Made by a program: the position numbers and the translations under genes | Origin: Octopus bimaculoides | Lineage: Eukaryota | Reading direction: 5' to 3' | NCBI RefSeq assembly: GCF_001194135.2 | Contig: NC_068982.1 | Span: 132,843,037-132,906,292, forward strand | Length of the DNA stretch: 63,256 bases | Shown: piece by piece, positions 37,433-50,689 of the stretch | Position numbering within the stretch: position 1 is the stretch's first letter | Layout of the letters: each line of letters starts with the position of its first letter | Notes under the pieces: generated by a model | Told to the model about the DNA's origin: nothing | The model's database searches: none | What the model saw: only the letters and a program-made list of their open reading frames with translations

Positions 37433-39012
37433 ACACACACACACACACACATAATTGTTAAATCTTTTTTTCTCTCCATTTGTTTTTTTTTTCTTTATTC
37501 TTTTCTTTAGAAGTGCATAGTCTCAAAACTTCAAAAACTTCCATTTTTCCTGAACAGCAAACTAATACACTATGTTTGTCATTTCCTCACTTGTCTTTGT
37601 CTTTTGTTTTTTGTATAATTCTGAATCATATATATTTATATCCTCATCATAATAATCATTTAATATCCGTTGTCAATACTGGCATGGATTGAATGGTTTG
37701 ACCAGATCTGGCAACCTGGGGAACTGCACTAGATTCCAGTCTGATTTTGCATTGCTTTTATGGCTGGATGCCTTTCCTAATGCCAACCACCTTACAAAGT
37801 GTGTTGGGTGTTTTTACATGGCACCATGTGCATGTGTGCACATATATAAATATGTGTGTGTATCTGTACACATCTTTATTTTTTCTGATTCTCAGCTTAT
37901 AACTAATATATAGATAGCATGTTTATCTTTCCAGTATTCCCTAAGTAAATGCCATGAGCAGTCTTTATAGAAACCACCTAATAAATAATTAATTAAGTGC
38001 ATGAATGAATATTAAACTGATTCTATGTAATCTTTCCTTTTTAATGTTGGTAATTGATATATATACACACATTTTATCTATTTTGGTTATGATATCATTT
38101 TTGATAATTTTGAATTTTATTTTTATACACCATAACAATATTGTTTATAAAAATCACCCATAGTACCCCAAGATAAAATTTACTCTGTATTAATATTCTC
38201 GGTTTTATTAGTGTCTTGCCCCTTCAACTGGTAATTAACATCATGATTTAGTCTTCTCCTACCCAGCCTCCTTTTGTAGACAGTTATTCTATATCCAGTT
38301 TACTACTCTTAATGTCTTCTTCCCTCCCTGAGGAAAAGGGATACATATGACAATATTCATGACCATACCTAGCCATGAGCTGTCAACTCACTCTTGTGCT
38401 TCATTCTAAACAGACACAGTCCTCTAGTCTTAGATTTAGTAGTTGATAAAAAGACAAATAAATTAGTAATGAACCACAATCCTTTACAAGCTATGACTCC
38501 AGTGGGCTTCATGCCATTCTTGGAAGTGTAGTCTATTCTGAGCTACAATAGTGACAACATGGATTTCTTCCATCTTCTTGGTCAGTTAAAGTATTTTAGA
38601 AAAATTATATTAATGTGTCCAACTGGTTAAAATTCTATTTATTTGTGCAGCTGATGATAGCACTGCATTTAAATTGATGTAATGATTGCATCGTTCAATT
38701 AAATGGAGTTGCTTGAAACAGTTGTACTGCATCACTTCTTGATATCCTGTTACTTATTTTGATATATATATATATATATATATATATCTGAAAAACTGAG
38801 TAAATTTTTGATCATTTATATATTTATATTTATTTATTTATTCTATGTATAAATTAGTAATAAATTAGATAATAAACAATAAATACTATGATATATTTTA
38901 TAAAATTGTTTAGTATCAGCGTGTTTATGATAAATAAATTTTTTAATAACTAGTTAATTAAAGGATTCTTTAAAATGCTTTTAGTAAATTTCTATTATAA
39001 TAATGTATAATT

Positions 39013-39622
39013 AGTAAAGACTTTTGCCAACATAACATGGCAGTCCTGGTTTAGGACGAATGTTGCTGTAATTTAGCCCCAGGAGACAATGTCTCCAGCT
39101 GGCTATACAACATGATCTGTGTTCTTACATTTTTGAACAAGGGAATATAGCACCCCCACTCAGCTCAAAACAATATCTGTGTATCGCGATTTCCGGGTTA
39201 TTTCTCTTCATCAGCACAACATAATTGTTTGGCTAGAGGTGGTGTTGGCAAATTCCCGTTCGAAAAATATAGTTTTCAAAATGACAACTTGTCACTGATC
39301 TATAAATTAGAAAAATTACTATTTTTAAATCTCATAATGAGAGATATTCAGCAATAGTACTTTGGAGTAAAGATCTTTGCCAACATAACATGGCAGTCCT
39401 GGTTTTGAGCTGAGTAGGGGATGCTAGATTCCCTTGTTCAAAAATATAAGGACACAGATCGTATATACCCAGCTGGAGACGGTGTCTCCTGGGTCTAAAT
39501 TACAGCAACATTCGTCCTAAACCAGGACTGCCATGTTATGTTGGCAAAAATCTTTACTCCAAAGTACTGTTGCTGAATATCTCTCGTAGTGAGATTTAAA
39601 GATACTAATTTTTCTAATATAT
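39013..39622. mobile_element. Penelope-like segment with overlapping inverted and direct repeats
   Basis: 39013..39171 mirrors 39404..39558; 39300..39405 mirrors 39519..39622; shares TTAGCCCCAGGAG..CTCCAGCTGGCTA with the 32354 element. Confidence 0.7.
39177..39219 (-). ncRNA. Minimal type I hammerhead ribozyme motif (weak stem II)
   Basis: TTGTG-CTGATGA-AGAGAAATAACCCG-GAAA-TCGCGA-TA-CACAG: 5-bp stem I, palindromic stem III. Confidence 0.6.
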
Positions 39623-39950
39623 AATTATGTTATGATAATATGTATTTATGGTTTTATTTTTTCAAAAGCTATTTTCTTAAAAAACTACATAATTTAAAAT
39701 TTTTTATTGGATTTTTAGTATGGGTAATTAATGAATAATGAATACAGTGTAATTTATAATATTATTTAGTAATGGCCTGGTGAGGATAAAGGATTTTAAA
39801 TAAATTATTTTGCTGTTTAGCCATAGATTAATAGTGTATTGTTTTGTTTTATACTACTTGTAAGATTAAAGTATTTTTCTGAATAACATGTATTTTTCCT
39901 AATAGTATGGAAGAATAAAAGGAGATATTTGCTATTTTGCCATATTGTTT

Positions 39951-41372
39951 CATCATCATCATCATCATCATCGTTTAACGTCCATTTTCTATGCTGGCAT
40001 AGGTGGGACAGTTTGACTGAGGTCTGGAGAGCCAGTGGCTGCATCAGGATCCAATCTGATCTGGTAATGTTTTTACAGCTGGATGCCCTTCCTAACACCA
40101 ACCACTCCAAGAGTGTAGTGGGTGCTTTTTACATGCTACCAGTGCAGGAGCCAGTCAGGTGGGCCTGGCATTGGTCACATTCGGATGGTGCTTTTTACAT
40201 GCCACCGGCACAAGAGCCAGTCAAGGGGTACTGGCATCAGCCATGATCAGTTGGTGCTTTTTACATGCCACCAGCACAGGAGCCAGTCTGGGGGTACTGG
40301 CATTAACCACATTCAGTTGGTGCTTTTACGTACCACTGGCATGGGAGCCAGTCAGGCAGACCTGTCATTGACCACATTTGGATGGTGCTTTTTATGTGTC
40401 ACCAGCTCAGGAGCCAGTCAGGGGGCACTGGCCCCAGCTACGATATTGGTTTTACTTGATTCAACAGATCTTCTCAAGCATATCATATCGCCTAATGCAT
40501 CAGGTGTATTCTTAAAAGGGCCGGATATGTGTGGCTTCAATCTCATTTTAGTTGCTGGTCTTCTCAATCACAGTATATTTCCAAAGGTCCCAGTCTCCTG
40601 TCATTGTCTCTGTGAAGCCCAATGTTCGAATGTCATGCTTCACCACCTCATCCCATATGTCTTCCTGGGTCAACCTCTTCCACAGGTTCTTTCTACAGTT
40701 AAGGAGTGGCACTTCCTTATACAGCTGTCTTCATTCATATGTAACACATGGCCATACCAGTGCAGTCACCTCTCTTGCACACCACATTTGATGCTTCTTA
40801 TCCCAAACTTTTCTCTCAGGGCGCTTATACTCTGTCATGTATGCACACTGACATTACACATCCAACAGATCATACTAGCTTCATTTCTTTCAAGCCTACG
40901 CATGTCCTCAGCATTCATGGCCCATATTGCCATGTAGCATGATAGTTCACACACATGCATCATATACTCTACTTTTCACTCTGAGTGAGAGGCCCTTAGT
41001 TGCCAGCAGAGGTAGGAGCTTCCTGCACTTTGCCCAGGCTATTCTTACTCTAGTTGCTACACTCTCAGAGCAACCATCCCCACTACAGGCTTCATCACCC
41101 AGGTAGCAGAAGCTATTAACTACTTCTAGTTTCTCCCCTTGGCATGTGATGGAATTTGTTTTCTGTACATCTTCAGTGTTTATTGCCCCAGTGCATCTGT
41201 CACACAAAAACTATTTTTCAGGTCAACCTTCCTTTGAAATTGTTGCACCTTTTATGTGTGCATAGCTTACATCAGGTACATCGTATGAAGTTTCTACCCA
41301 CACCTTTTCTACAAATCAAGCAAGGCCATCTACCTGAAGTGGGTTGTGATTTGACAGCCATCTTACCTACTA
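39951..41372 (-). mobile_element. RTE LINE 3' part with about 5 tandem 3' UTR units and (GAT)n tail
   Basis: ORF 40947..41207 CDRC...LEVVNSFCYLG; repeats at 40110..40440. Confidence 0.88.
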
Positions 41373-41694
41373 AGACTTTGATTTCTATTTTAAAAAATAA
41401 TGCACAGAAATATATTCAGATTAATATTCTTAAAAGTACACACAGATTTTATGACTGTTACATTAGTTTATTTATTTCTTTCTTATTTTATTTTCTTTCT
41501 TATTTTATTTTCTTTTTGTTTTTATTATACTTTTTTTTAAAAATTGATTTAAAATGAAACTATTGACGATCACACTTACAAACATAAACATATTTAATTC
41601 AGTCTATTCTAGAATTTAAAACTCCCCAAATGTTACTTTTGTCAAATATTACCCTGATGAGATTCTTACTTAAAATATATCTTAGAAGTTATAC

Positions 41695-41773
41695 CTTTAA
41701 TAATTTTATAACCAATACAATTCGGTACGCCTCTGTCTTGATCTTCAGCTGTCACTTTAGTGATGAGAGTTCC
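41695..41773 (-). CDS. Cadherin-repeat gene, visible exon 5 (phase 0-1): GTLITKVTAEDQDRGVPNCIGYKIIK
   Basis: ttatttttatttcacag acceptor, gtataa donor, 79 nt, A.D.D motif; absent from the ORF track. Confidence 0.92.
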
Positions 41774-42559
41774 CTGTGAAATAAAAATAACTGAAGTGAT
41801 TAAAGAACAAAAATAATTTCAAAATGTATGAAAAGACTATAACAGTGGTTTCCTTTGAGTTTTTGTGAAGGTGCAAAATGTTACAAAGGAAAAATAAAAA
41901 ATTGTTAAATTCATGCCTTTCCTAAAATCAAAGCAGTATATCAGCAAAAAAGAGAGACTCAACCTTGTCATTCGGCCTGCAAGAAAGAACAACCTAATCA
42001 CCTTCAAGTTTCTCACTAACATCTTATAAAAAAAATCAAATGGAAGGACACATTAGATAAACTAGTCCAAGTTATACTATTTCTGAAGTTATGATGGAAT
42101 GGTCATGGCTTTGCTCATTGGTCTGTTGAACTGGAGATAACTGGAGGCTAAACCAAAAAAAAGCATCATTAGCAATATATGTGATTTTATATGGGTTTCT
42201 TTTCAATAGGGATAAAGATCCTAGGCTTTAAAAAGAGCAAAGAAGAATATTTTCATTAATATAAGTTTCGTTCAAATCAATGCTAATGTGCCAGTGTTTT
42301 CCTCAGCAAGTGCGCAGAGAGAGAACATTTTGAAATATTCCTGTGCTATGGGAAAATGAGTGACTATTTTATGCATCATATCCTTTTCCCATTATATGTA
42401 AGGGGTTGGAGGTCTAGGGCAATGGACAAGTGTGAGGGAAAGGGAACAGGAAGGAAGTAATACACAAAGGTAGAGAAATCCAGAGTCATTGAAGGTAAGA
42501 GAGGTGTGAATGGGCCATGCAAGTAGGTGAGAGAGTGAGGAAGATAAGGGCATTTGGGA

Positions 42560-42850
42560 GGCATAGAAACCGTAGTGAAGTTAGTGAGGGTAAAGGAGAC
42601 AGTGAAGTGGCTTTATTCAAAGCATCTTTGTATGGAGCTTGTACAGCTGTCACAGGTCATTCACCTGGACCTTATTTCCTTAGTGATCAGTAAATTATTG
42701 AATATGGTACCTTATCAAATGCCTTCTCCATGTGAGAAAACACCAGGAATAGTTTACTCTTAACCAAATCTTTCTTCTGTAGTTGCCTCACTAGGAAGTT
42801 TGCATCACTGGAAGCATTTCCATGCATGAAGCCAAACTGTATTTTATCAA
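42560..42850 (-). mobile_element. RTE LINE RT fragment
   Basis: Reverse complement resembles the QFGF...KYL.K...DLEKAF..V region. Confidence 0.6.
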
Positions 42851-42865
42851 TATATGATGTATCTT

Positions 42866-42874
42866 CATGTGTGT

Positions 42875-42968
<94 letters not shown>
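42866..42968. repeat. (GT)n microsatellite
   Basis: Direct reading. Confidence 0.95.
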
Positions 42969-42970
<2 letters not shown>

Positions 42971-43371
42971 TGTATCTTCATGTGTATGTATGTGTGTGTG
43001 TACCCTTGTCCTGACATCACATGAAGATTGTAAATGATCAACACCATCATACAAGCCATGTAGTTGTTTCCAGTCTTTGGCAGAAATACATGTCTGGCCA
43101 CAGGGAATATCACCTCACTTGGAAACAGGTGAAGGTTGGTATCAGGAAGGGTATCTGGCTGTAAAAAATCTACCTCCATAAATTTCATCCAACTGATGCA
43201 AGCATGGAAAAGCGAACATCAAATGATCGTGTGGGTATGTATACATAATATACAAACACACAGACATACATACAGAACAATTAAATACGCATATATAATT
43301 TAAAAAATTTTTTGTGATTATTTTTCACCAAAACTAACAATAAAAACTGAACTGGAAATGTAATGTATGAC

Positions 43372-43488
43372 CTTCTTTGAATTTTCCTTGATTTTCTTAA
43401 CAAAGCTGGAACTTGTAAATGCTGGTGGCATGTCTTGAACATCCTCAACTTGGATCCATACAGAAGCATTTCCTGTAAGGTTTCCATC
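43372..43488 (-). CDS. Cadherin-repeat gene, visible exon 4 (phase 0-0): DGNLTGNASVWIQVEDVQDMPPAFTSSSFVKKIKENSKK
   Basis: cttaatttcag acceptor, AAG|gtcata donor, 117 nt, DVQDMPP linker; the ORF track shows a different frame. Confidence 0.9.
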
Positions 43489-43795
43489 CTGAAATTAAGT
43501 TTGAAATTATTTTATTTTATCTTCAATTCCTTGTAGAATATAATTTATGTACACAATATTACATTTCTATTTTATCTAACATTCATTTTAGTATGTTTCA
43601 CATCTCAGGTGAGGAAACAAAGGATACTAAAATGAATGGTGATATGATAAACTGTACAACAGAGCAGTATGGAACAATGGATGCTAAAATAATAATGTGT
43701 ATGAGTTGATTTAAATATATATTTACATATATATATTTCGCTTTTGGATTTGATTTGCAAGATTCTTTATGTGAGTTCGTGTGTTGAAGCATATT

Positions 43796-44021
43796 CTGTT
43801 GTGTTTGGGGAGAGTCATCCTCTTTTAGTGCCTTATAATTTAACACACTCACCGGTAAAATTTCCACTCATTTCTTTTTTATTTTTCTAAAATATTGAAA
43901 AGGTTGCAAGACGCAATGAAAATTTTATAAAAATAAAAAAAAGAAATAAGTAGAAATTTTACCAGTGAGTATGTTAAATTATAAGGCACCAAAAGAGAAT
44001 GACTCTCCCCAGACACAACAG
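43796..44021. mobile_element. MITE-like hairpin (arms about 95 bp)
   Basis: CTGTTGTGTTTGGGGAGAGTCA... mirrored by ...TGACTCTCCCCAGACACAACAG. Confidence 0.75.
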
Positions 44022-44189
44022 TACATATACATACATCCAGCCATAGAAACAATAGTCCTATGGCTTGTCAGATCCTGTCAAACTATTCAACCCATTCTTG
44101 GCATAAAAGTTGGATGTTAAATGATGGTGATAGTGATGATGATATATCCAAATACATACATACATATTTACACACTTCCTCTTTTACTC

Positions 44190-45111
44190 TCGGACTTATT
44201 CTGCCTGTAAGGTGTGTACATACTGGGACACTGCCATTGCGAATTGATAGCAAGGATTGCAAAAGTACAGCTCCCAAAATTACTGCAGAGCTTAATGACC
44301 ATCTCGAGAACCCAATTTCCACAAAAACTGTTTCTCAGAAGGTGCACAAAGCCAGATTTTATGGGAGGTCTGCAATCAGAAAACCACTACTTTCAAGAAA
44401 ACATTGCAAAGCATTCAGATTTGAGTAAAAACCTACAGAATTGGTCCCTTGAGCAGTGGAAGAATGTTATTTTCTTGGATGAGTCATCTTTACCTCATTT
44501 CCAACCACCAGCTGAGTATACATGTAGAGACAGACAAAAGAAGCATTTGACACAGACTGCCTTCTTCCAACTGTTAAACATTGAGGAGGATCTGTGATCA
44601 TCTGGGGGTGGGGCTATATTTTGGAAATCTGCCAGTCAAATTGTTTCACTTCATGGCAGAATTAATAGCCAAGAGTAAGCATTTTATCTGACCAAATTTA
44701 TCCTTATGGTTGCAAAACTGTTTCCGGAGGGAAACACAATCTTTCAGTATGATAATGCACCAATTCACACAGCTAAAGTTCTTACTGAATGGCATGAGAA
44801 ACATTCTATTGAAGTTGAACATCTTATCTGGCCACCACAGTCTCCCTGATCTAAGTATTATTGAACATTTATGGTGCATTTTAGAAAAACAAGTAAGCAG
44901 TCGATATCCTCCACTATCATCACTTCAAAATCTGGAAACTGCTTTAGCTGAAGAATGGACAAAAATTCCTTTGGAAACAATTCAAACTTTGTATGAGTAA
45001 ATACCTCATAGAATTCAAGCTGTAGTTACTACCAAAGGTGGTCCTACCCCATATTAAGATAAATTTGTTTGAAATTTTAAGGTGTTTCCATAATTTTGTC
45101 CAACCCCTGTA
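44190..45111 (+). mobile_element. Tc1-like transposon 3' part
   Basis: WKNVIFLDES, DNAPIHTA, WPPQS.DL..IEHLW; terminal ...TTTTGTCCAACCCCTG-TA. Confidence 0.85.
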
Positions 45112-46019
45112 GATCTCTCAAGCTTTTTGGCAAAAATTTAGAGGGCAATGGACCTTTGAAACCTAAACAATGCACTATATGCTTCAAACTTTACATAGCA
45201 AAGGTTGAACATTTGGCATTGTGCACTAGTGGCCTTTACAGAGCCACTAGTGCACAATGTTTTCAATGCCAAAGTTCGGTGCAAGCCCTTTGTGGTTCTT
45301 CCAGATGTATATCTTTCTAATCTTCACTTCAAGGAAGTCAGTAGTTCATCTGCTGCATTGAGGCAAATATCATGGTGTATTAGCATTAGATTGCTTCAAG
45401 TTATGAGGTTAATTTCATTCTATGTGCTTACAATAATTAGAGCAGTATATAAGAGTAAGGTGGGTATTTCAGAAAATTTACTTATCAGTATATTATTTTC
45501 TTCAAAGCAGTTAAAAAGGTTGTTTTTTCCTGATCCATCATAGCAAATATCATACTAACACAAGAAATGAAAAGACATGCATTCATTGTGTGGAATAAAG
45601 TGATTTAGAAGCTGCCAACTGTCTAAATGTTGCAAGATCCTCCCATCACTTTTCTAACTGTGGCACTACTCAGTGCCGTAATCATCTGAGAGCAGAATCA
45701 GCACATATTTCATCCTCCTTTTGCTCTACTAGTTACCTCTTTCTTCCCATGGGACCACTTCTTTTTAAACTCCAGCTCTCATTCTCACTATCATCAGTAT
45801 CATCAGTTATCTCTCTCACCCCTCTGATTTCCCTCATATTTAACAACTCTCTGATATCAGATATCTTTTCAACCCTTTTTCGAACACAAAGTTCAAATTG
45901 AATTGAAAGACTGGCAGAATGTTTCGATTGTATCAAAGAGGAAAAAAAAATATTCTTAATGTTCAGACGTAATAAGGACACCATAGTTCAACCAACAGGC
46001 TCAAAACATTATTGATAAT

Positions 46020-46730
46020 TCTGAAAAAAATTAATGAGGGTCACCACCAAAGAACCATAGGTGTTGGAATGGATTATCAAAATCGTGGTCCACAAAGACA
46101 TTTAATACAAGTCATATGTACTGAGGAGAGGCTGATTTATGTCAGCAAAGACACAGGAAAACCATTTGATCTATGCCAATTGGTTACTTAACAAGGTTAA
46201 AACCCTCACAAACATAGCATGCTTTGTCTTTCTTTGATGAGAAAAACTTCAGTATGTGCAGATCCTTCTGTTATTCATTGAGTGATGAACACTAAGTTTC
46301 TAGCAACTATGACAGTTTTAGGAGTGGTGAGAAATGAAAGTCATGTCATGCAACTTCACATCTTTCAACAAGGTATTAGAATTAATGCTGCTGGATACAT
46401 TTGTTTGGCCTTGGATAGATGAAGCATGCAGTTAAAGGCCATACATGTTTCAACAAGACTCAGCACGTTCTCACAAAATCCAAGAATTAATGCCAGACAA
46501 TCTTTACACTAATTTGACACCAAACTTGTGACATACACAATCACTAGATTTAAATCCCATTGATTACATTTGGGTTATTGTTGTAAGGGACACTAATCAA
46601 TATCCTCAAAATATCACAGCTTCACTGAACACTGCCATTGTCCAGGTGATGTCCAAAAAAAAATGCCCATTAAGTGTAGATATGCCAAAAATCTGAGTCT
46701 AACATTGAAACAGTCATCAAAGCTGAAGGC
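46020..46730 (+). mobile_element. Degenerate Tc1/mariner (maT-like) fragment
   Basis: FFDEKNF, FQQDSARSH, LDLNPIDY-like motifs. Confidence 0.55.
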
Positions 46731-46904
46731 AGGTCCATAGAATAATCTTATAAAAAAGCTTATTGAGAGAGAACATGTGCAGGAATTTTTATTAAAGTAC
46801 ATTTAGCTTTTGTTAGACTAGAGTTATTTATTGAATTACCCACCTACGTACATACATACCTACTTACAAATCTAAACCCCCCCACCATTCATACACATAA
46901 ATAT

Positions 46905-47135
46905 TTCTTTATTGCCCACAGAGGGCTAAACATAGAGGGGACAAACAAGGACAGACAAAGGGATTATGTCAATTACATCGACCCCAGTGCGTAACTGGTA
47001 CTTATTTAATCGACCCTGAAAGGATGAAAGGCAAAGTCGACCTCGGCAGAATTTGAACTCAGAACTCAGAACGGCAGACGAAATACCGATAAGCATTTCA
47101 CCCGACGCACTAATGATTCTGCCAGCTCGCCACCC
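46905..47135 (-). mobile_element. tRNA-derived SINE (second family), well preserved
   Basis: GACCCCAGTGCGTAACTGGTACTTATTTAATCGACCC..GTCGACCTCGGCAGAATTTGAACTCAGAAC..GCCAGCTCGCCACC. Confidence 0.85.
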
Positions 47136-49392
47136 TTACATATAAAGGCATCTCATTTACCTTTGAAACAATTGACTATGACACCTTCCTGTAAAATCTA
47201 ATTAACCACACTTGTATCCTGAGCAGTTTTTAAGAATTTCAGCAGTAATTCCTAGAAAAAGTAGTCTTTGTATATGGAATATGCACAGGGGAAATAAACA
47301 TGAAGGGCACAGAAGTAGCATAGAAGAAACAAGACTGTGATAGTTTGGTCATGTGATGGATATAGATGAAGACAGCTGTATAAAGAAGTGCCAATTACTT
47401 AAAATGGATGGAAATAGTAAAAGAAGGAAACCCAAGAAGATGTGGAATAAAGTAGCAAAGCCTGATCTCAAGATACTGAGCCTCACAGAACAGATGAGAA
47501 AGGACCAAGATGAACATCAGTTCATTGTATTCAAGAACTGTGTATCATGGTGAAAATGAAATGCTAAAAGCATTATGTCTGTATATGTTAGGCCCTGCAA
47601 CCAATCTACCCACATCAAGCATTCCCTTACTTCTAATCTTTCTTGCATCCATTTTCCCCTCACTCTTCTATGACACTACGTAGTGCTATAATCATTTGAG
47701 AGCAGAATCAGCACATATTTCATCCTCCTTTTACTCTGTTAGTTACCTCCTTCTTCCCCTGGAACCACTTCTTTTTAAACTCCAGCCATCATTTTCATTA
47801 TCATTCCTGTCAATGTGTAATTTCCACTGATCAACCCTTTTTCATTGCCATCAACTTTTTCTTCCCCACCTCTGATTTCCCTCATCTTTTTCAACCCCAC
47901 TCATATCTGCTATTGATGACAGCCCCAAATCCCTAATCACTTCTGTCTACCCACTCACTTTAGCCTCTCTCATGCACCTCTGACCTCCATCTCTACGACT
48001 GTCACTTGCCTCCCATCCCCATCCAATTTCAAAATTTGCACATCTTATTACTTCTGTTTTGTCCACCTATTTCTGATACTGCTACTCTCCACACCTCCTA
48101 TGCTGCTCCTTGTCACTCTTCCTTTCTGAGTCACTTCTATNNNNNNNNNNNNNNNNNNNNNNNNNNNNNNNNNNNNNNNNNNNNNNNNNNNNNNNNNNNN
48201 NNNNNNNNNNNNNNNNNNNNNNNNNNNNNNNNNNNNNNNNNNNNNNNNNNNNNNNNNNNNNNNNNNNNNNNNNNNNNNNNNNNNNNNNNNNNNNNNNNNN
48301 NNNNNNNNNNNNNNNNNNNNNNNNNNNNNNNNNNNNNNNNNNNNNNNNNNNNNNNNNNNNNNNNNNNNNNNNNNNNNNNNNNNNNNNNNNNNNNNNNNNN
48401 NNNNNNNNNNNNNNNNNNNNNNNNNNNNNNNNNNNNNNNNNNNNNNNNNNNNNNNNNNNNNNNNNNNNNNNNNNNNNNNNNNNNNNNNNNNNNNNNNNNN
48501 NNNNNNNNNNNNNNNNNNNNNNNNNNNNNNNNNNNNNNNNNNNNNNNNNNNNNNNNNNNNNNNNNNNNNNNNNNNNNNNNNNNNNNNNNNNNNNNNNNNN
48601 NNNNNNNNNNNNNNNNNNNNNNNNNNNNNNNNNNNNNNNNNNNNNNNNNNNNNNNNNNNNNNNNNNNNNNNNNNNNNNNNNNNNNNNNNNNNNNNNNNNN
48701 NNNNNNNNNNNNNNNNNNNNNNNNNNNNNNNNNNNNNNNNNNNNNNNNNNNNNNNNNNNNNNNNNNNNNNNNNNNNNNNNNNNNNNNNNNNNNNNNNNNN
48801 NNNNNNNNNNNNNNNNNNNNNNNNNNNNNNNNNNNNNNNNNNNNNNNNNNNNNNNNNNNNNNNNNNNNNNNNNNNNNAGCTTCACCATTGGTTGTGTTAT
48901 AAAAAAAAAAGCACTCAATACACACTGTAAAGTGAGTGACACTAAGAAGGGCATCCAGCCATAGAAATTATGCCAAAGTTGACACTGGAACTTACTGTCA
49001 AACTGTCCAGCCTATATCAGTATATAAAATGAACATTAAATGATGATGATGATGACGATGACAACGATGACAACAATGATGATGATGATATATGTATGTT
49101 TGTATATGTATGTGTTTGTGTAAATGTATGGGAGTGAGTTCATATTTCCCTTTTTCTCGATATCTTTGCTGTCATCAGCAAAGCATGTCCAAACTATTTG
49201 TTGTTAAAGAAACTGCAAAATTATTTTCTTTGAAAATATGTGAGGGTTGAGCTTCTCATCGAAATTCATATACTTTTGGTGCATGCAGAAAGAATAAAGA
49301 GAAAGGAACTGATTTGTTTGACCAGACAGACATTGTTTAATGTCCTCTTACCATGCTGGCATGGGCTGGACAGTTTGACCGGNNNNNNNNNN

Positions 49393-49470
49393 GTCCAGTG
49401 CTTTTACTACTGTGATGATACCTTTATATTCATCTTTAATTTTCATGTAGTCTTCAATTCCTTTTGAATT
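49393..49470 (-). CDS. Cadherin-repeat gene, visible exon 3, 3'-truncated by a gap: NSKGIEDYMKIKDEYKGIITVVKALD...
   Basis: tttttttttacttgtag acceptor; open frame to the N gap at 49383..49392, ending at LD of the expected LDYE/LDRE. Confidence 0.85.
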
Positions 49471-49739
49471 CTACAAGTAAAAAAAAATGTTTAAGTTTCA
49501 TTATTTGTTTTTACTTATTTTTTTTACTTATTTGTTTAATAATGTGTATTTACTTGTTAATCATTATTAATATTTCAGTAGTCTTTTTTAATTTGCTTTC
49601 AAGGCACAATCAACTACAGTCCTAGTTTCCTAAATTACATGCAATGATTTGTTTAATATTTGTCTTACATTGCATTGAGTGTTCCATATAATATGTATGC
49701 GGTACAAAGTAGTAAGATTTCTGTATACTGCATGAGCGG

Positions 49740-49793
<54 letters not shown>

Positions 49794-50689
49794 AAGAGAA
49801 ATGCATTTATTATGCATAACCAATGTCTGTCTGATCAAACAAATCTTTGTATCATCTGAAGGTTGCTGTTATTATGGGGATTGTTTCTGTTTTCAATCAT
49901 AGCATTATACTTATAGACATCTCTTCTTGTATGTCTTCATACTTGGATAGTGATTTTTTTTGTTTTTCTTCTTTCTTGGGGTTATTTAACAATATCAGAG
50001 TGATTTAACTTAATGCCATTGCTTGTGTAAATCCATATGTACAGTCACTTTCACCTTCTGTAGAATCCTTTTGTAATGTATATTTGTACCACCCCTTTCA
50101 TTCAATGATTTCACAATAATGACATAGTGTCAAATGTATGAAAGCTCCAACTGTCAAGCATGCACATATTCCCTTTTGCCATAGACTGAACTAATTATTT
50201 CTTTACAACTTCCACATATTTTACAGTTCCAAGTTTCATTACAAGTTTCTGCAGTTTCTGGTATGTTGCTTTGTCATTTTTGGCACGCAGTTTCAAATCA
50301 CCCACAAAAGACAGATGGTTTGTAGGTTTTGCCATCTATTTTGTAGCCATTTTTTGTTGAGATCTAGTATTAGAGGTTTGAGTGCAATTCAAAATATAAA
50401 AAGAGACAAAGAATTACCCTGAAAAATACTACAGTTAATGCTTATGCTGCTGGAATTTATATTAATAGTTGTAGTGTATGACAAAGTTAGATGTGTATTC
50501 TATATAGACATATTGTATTTCAGGAGTTTGATATTAATGGGAAAATCCTCAGAACACCCAAAGTTTTCAAAATTCATGAATGGGGGACACTATCAAATGC
50601 ATTTTTTAATAATAAATCCAAGCAGTTCTCAAACTTCTGTTCTTGTTATGATAGTTTGATTTGAAAGTTGGTCTTCACAGCTATAAGAC

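Noticed and set aside
45432-45554. 123-nt open minus-strand segment with AG/GT ends between exons 3 and 4
   Set aside because: The peptide (YDICYDGSGKNNLF...) has no cadherin features, and exon 4 already follows the expected strand pattern.
45670-47900. ~130-bp segments shared between ~45670 and ~47680, possibly a piggyBac-like N-terminus
   Set aside because: Clearly a dispersed repeat, but no TIR, TSD or catalytic motif is visible to classify it.
49420-49422. Apparent donor G|GTATCA ending exon 3 at 49 nt
   Set aside because: Reading through gives GIITVVKALD, a clear cadherin strand, and no phase-1 partner exon was found.
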